A stretch of 64,000 bases of DNA from an uncultured Deinococcaceae bacterium (lineage in GTDB: Bacteria > Deinococcota > Deinococci > Deinococcales > Deinococcaceae): the NCBI GenBank assembly GCA_964252075.1, contig CAXULY010000018.1, positions 33,740 to 97,739 of the forward strand, in the 5' to 3' direction. The position numbers and the translations under genes are program-made. This document shows, one piece after another, positions 58,675-64,000 of the stretch. How positions within the stretch are numbered: the stretch's first letter is position 1; each line of letters opens with the position of its first letter. The notes under the pieces were generated by a model, which ran no database searches, was not told the origin of the DNA, and saw nothing but the letters and a program-made list of their open reading frames with translations.

Positions 58675-59603
58675 CCCTGCAGTTCGAAGTAGCGTTCCAG
58701 GCCCGGCACGATCTGCTTCTTGCGGCTGATGCGGTCCCCCAGGTCCGACACGTGCCCCTGCGTCTCTGCCCCAAATGCACCCCGCATCACCGCCGCCTCC
58801 GCTTCACCCGGCACCAGCACGCGGTTCGTCTCGTTCAGGATGTCCACCACACCCAGAATCACGCCATCCAGACCCTGCGCCGCCTGCTCCGCCCGCATGA
58901 CCGCCAGCAGTTCCTCCTGCCGCCCGAACACGTACCCGGGGTTCGTCGTCTCGATCACGCCGATGCCCCACGTGCGGTTCCCGAAGGGAAACACCTTGTA
59001 ATCCATCTTCAGCAGGCGCTCCGCGGGCGTGTCCCCCAGGTCGCTCTTCGCGTCGAACATCGCGCGCGCGTACCCGGTCACATCCGCGATGCCCGCGATG
59101 GGCGCGAGGTACGCCACCACCTCACGGTCCTCCGGCGTCGTGGTCGGGCTGCGGAAGTGCAGGGTATCGGACAGCACGCCGCTCAGCAGCAACCGCGCCG
59201 TCGTGGCGTCCGGCGCAATGTTCGCCTCGCGGTGCAGTTTCGTCAGGATGGTGCCCGTGCACCCCACCGGCTCGAACCGCAGGTACGGCGGCTGCGACGT
59301 GGTCAGGTCCCCCAGCTTGTGATGATCCACCACGCGGGCCACCACGAGGTGCGCCAGGCCCAGCAGGCTCTGCCCGCTCTCGTTGTGGTCCACGAGGGCC
59401 ACCTCACTGCCTTCGGGCAGGCCCTCCAGCAGGGGCGGCGCCTCCACGCCCGCTTCACGCAGCACGAAGGCCGTCTCGAAGTTCAGCTCGCCCAGGCGGT
59501 GCGCCTGCGCCTGTACACCCTGACGGTTCAGAAGCTGCGCGTAAACCAGCGCGGCGGTGATGGCGTCGGTGTCGGGGTTCTGGTGCCCGAAGACATGAAT
59601 CAT
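58671..59603 (-). CDS. ppaC: Manganese-dependent inorganic pyrophosphatase
   Basis: FGHQNPDTD, LVDHNE, VDHH, SDTL.FRSPT, SRKKQIVP; TAGAAT -10 box 7 nt upstream. Confidence 0.96.
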   Translation of the reverse strand: MIHVFGHQNPDTDAITAALVYAQLLNRQGVQAQAHRLGELNFETAFVLREAGVEAPPLLEGLPEGSEVALVDHNESGQSLLGLAHLVVARVVDHHKLGDLTTSQPPYLRFEPVGCTGTILTKLHREANIAPDATTARLLLSGVLSDTLHFRSPTTTPEDREVVAYLAPIAGIADVTGYARAMFDAKSDLGDTPAERLLKMDYKVFPFGNRTWGIGVIETTNPGYVFGRQEELLAVMRAEQAAQGLDGVILGVVDILNETNRVLVPGEAEAAVMRGAFGAETQGHVSDLGDRISRKKQIVPGLERYFELQG

Positions 59604-59632
59604 GGGCGCAATTCTAACGCGCCCGGCGCAAC

Positions 59633-59668
59633 AAAAAACCACCCGCGCACGAGTGCGCGGGTGGTTTT
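59633..59668 (-). terminator. Intrinsic terminator of slpA (bidirectional form)
   Basis: AAAAAACCACCCGCGCAC-ga-GTGCGCGGGTGGTTTT. Confidence 0.9.
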
Positions 59669-59682
59669 AAGAAGAGCGAAGC

Positions 59683-62445
<2,763 letters not shown>

Positions 62446-62604
62446 ACCTTTACCCCCAAGATCGTCGCGCTTGGTGGGCCTTGCTTGAGCTTCGGTGGGG
62501 CGAGTTGCCGGGTTTCCTCTCCCACACTGCTGTCGCTGTTGGCCTTCCTCACGCGACCCAGATCGCCCTATTCATGAGAAATGAGGCCAATCCGGATCAC
62601 GGCG

Positions 62605-62634
62605 ATGATACAGGGATGAATAAGCATAGGTCAA
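62605..62634 (-). promoter_or_regulatory. Sigma-70 promoter of slpA (about 150-nt 5' leader)
   Basis: TTGACC-N18-TATCAT on the minus strand. Confidence 0.6.
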
Positions 62635-62763
62635 GCCTGAAAATGAGTGTGTGAAGGCAAAATCAGGGCATGACGCCGCATAGAGAAACACATGCGGTGT
62701 AAAAATTGAATAAAAGCTGCCCTCATTTGATGAGGCTTTAAGACAAGCGTGGATACATCTTGC

Positions 62764-63939
<1,176 letters not shown>

Positions 63940-63947
63940 TCAGACTG

Positions 63948-64000
63948 TGGAGCGGGAGACGCGATTCGAACGCGCGACATCTACCTTGGCAAGGTAGTGC
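63948..64000 (-). tRNA. tRNA-Gly(GCC), 5' part outside the window
   Basis: Minus strand CTACC-TTGCCAA-GGTAG anticodon arm, GTTCGAATC T-loop, encoded CCA end. Confidence 0.93.

Noticed and set aside
63948..64000. tRNA-Gly as the attachment site of an integrated element
   Set aside because: No integrase and no duplicated tRNA 3' end seen in the window.

Overview
High-GC chromosomal window from a Deinococcus-type bacterium (SlpA, CTC-type L25, amylosucrase, and many leaderless genes with a TAnnnT -10 box 5-7 nt before the start). From left to right: a pair of winged-helix regulators with a small-protein/MFS operon; argJ; a four-gene secreted operon (4336-9644) that looks like a divergent chaperone-usher-type fibre system and is the best candidate for an undescribed system; a ~1 kb intergenic region with a hairpin cluster and palindromic operators; a complete reductive pyrimidine catabolism cluster (preT-preA-hydA-ABC-carbamoylase-PucR-aminotransferase-mmsA, with mmsA frameshifted); birA-bioY; an Ntn acylase; amylosucrase-fni; a Na/Pi transporter; carD-rsmA-pfkB; nnr; several lipoproteins; rplY; a type III PKS with an ICMT-family methyltransferase; a 311-bp element bounded by 24-bp inverted repeats holding four perfect DnaA boxes; oligopeptidase B; ppaC-folC; slpA; tgt; and a partial tRNA-Gly(GCC). 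I saw no CRISPR array, transposase or integrase. All assignments come from reading motifs by eye; no database searches were run.
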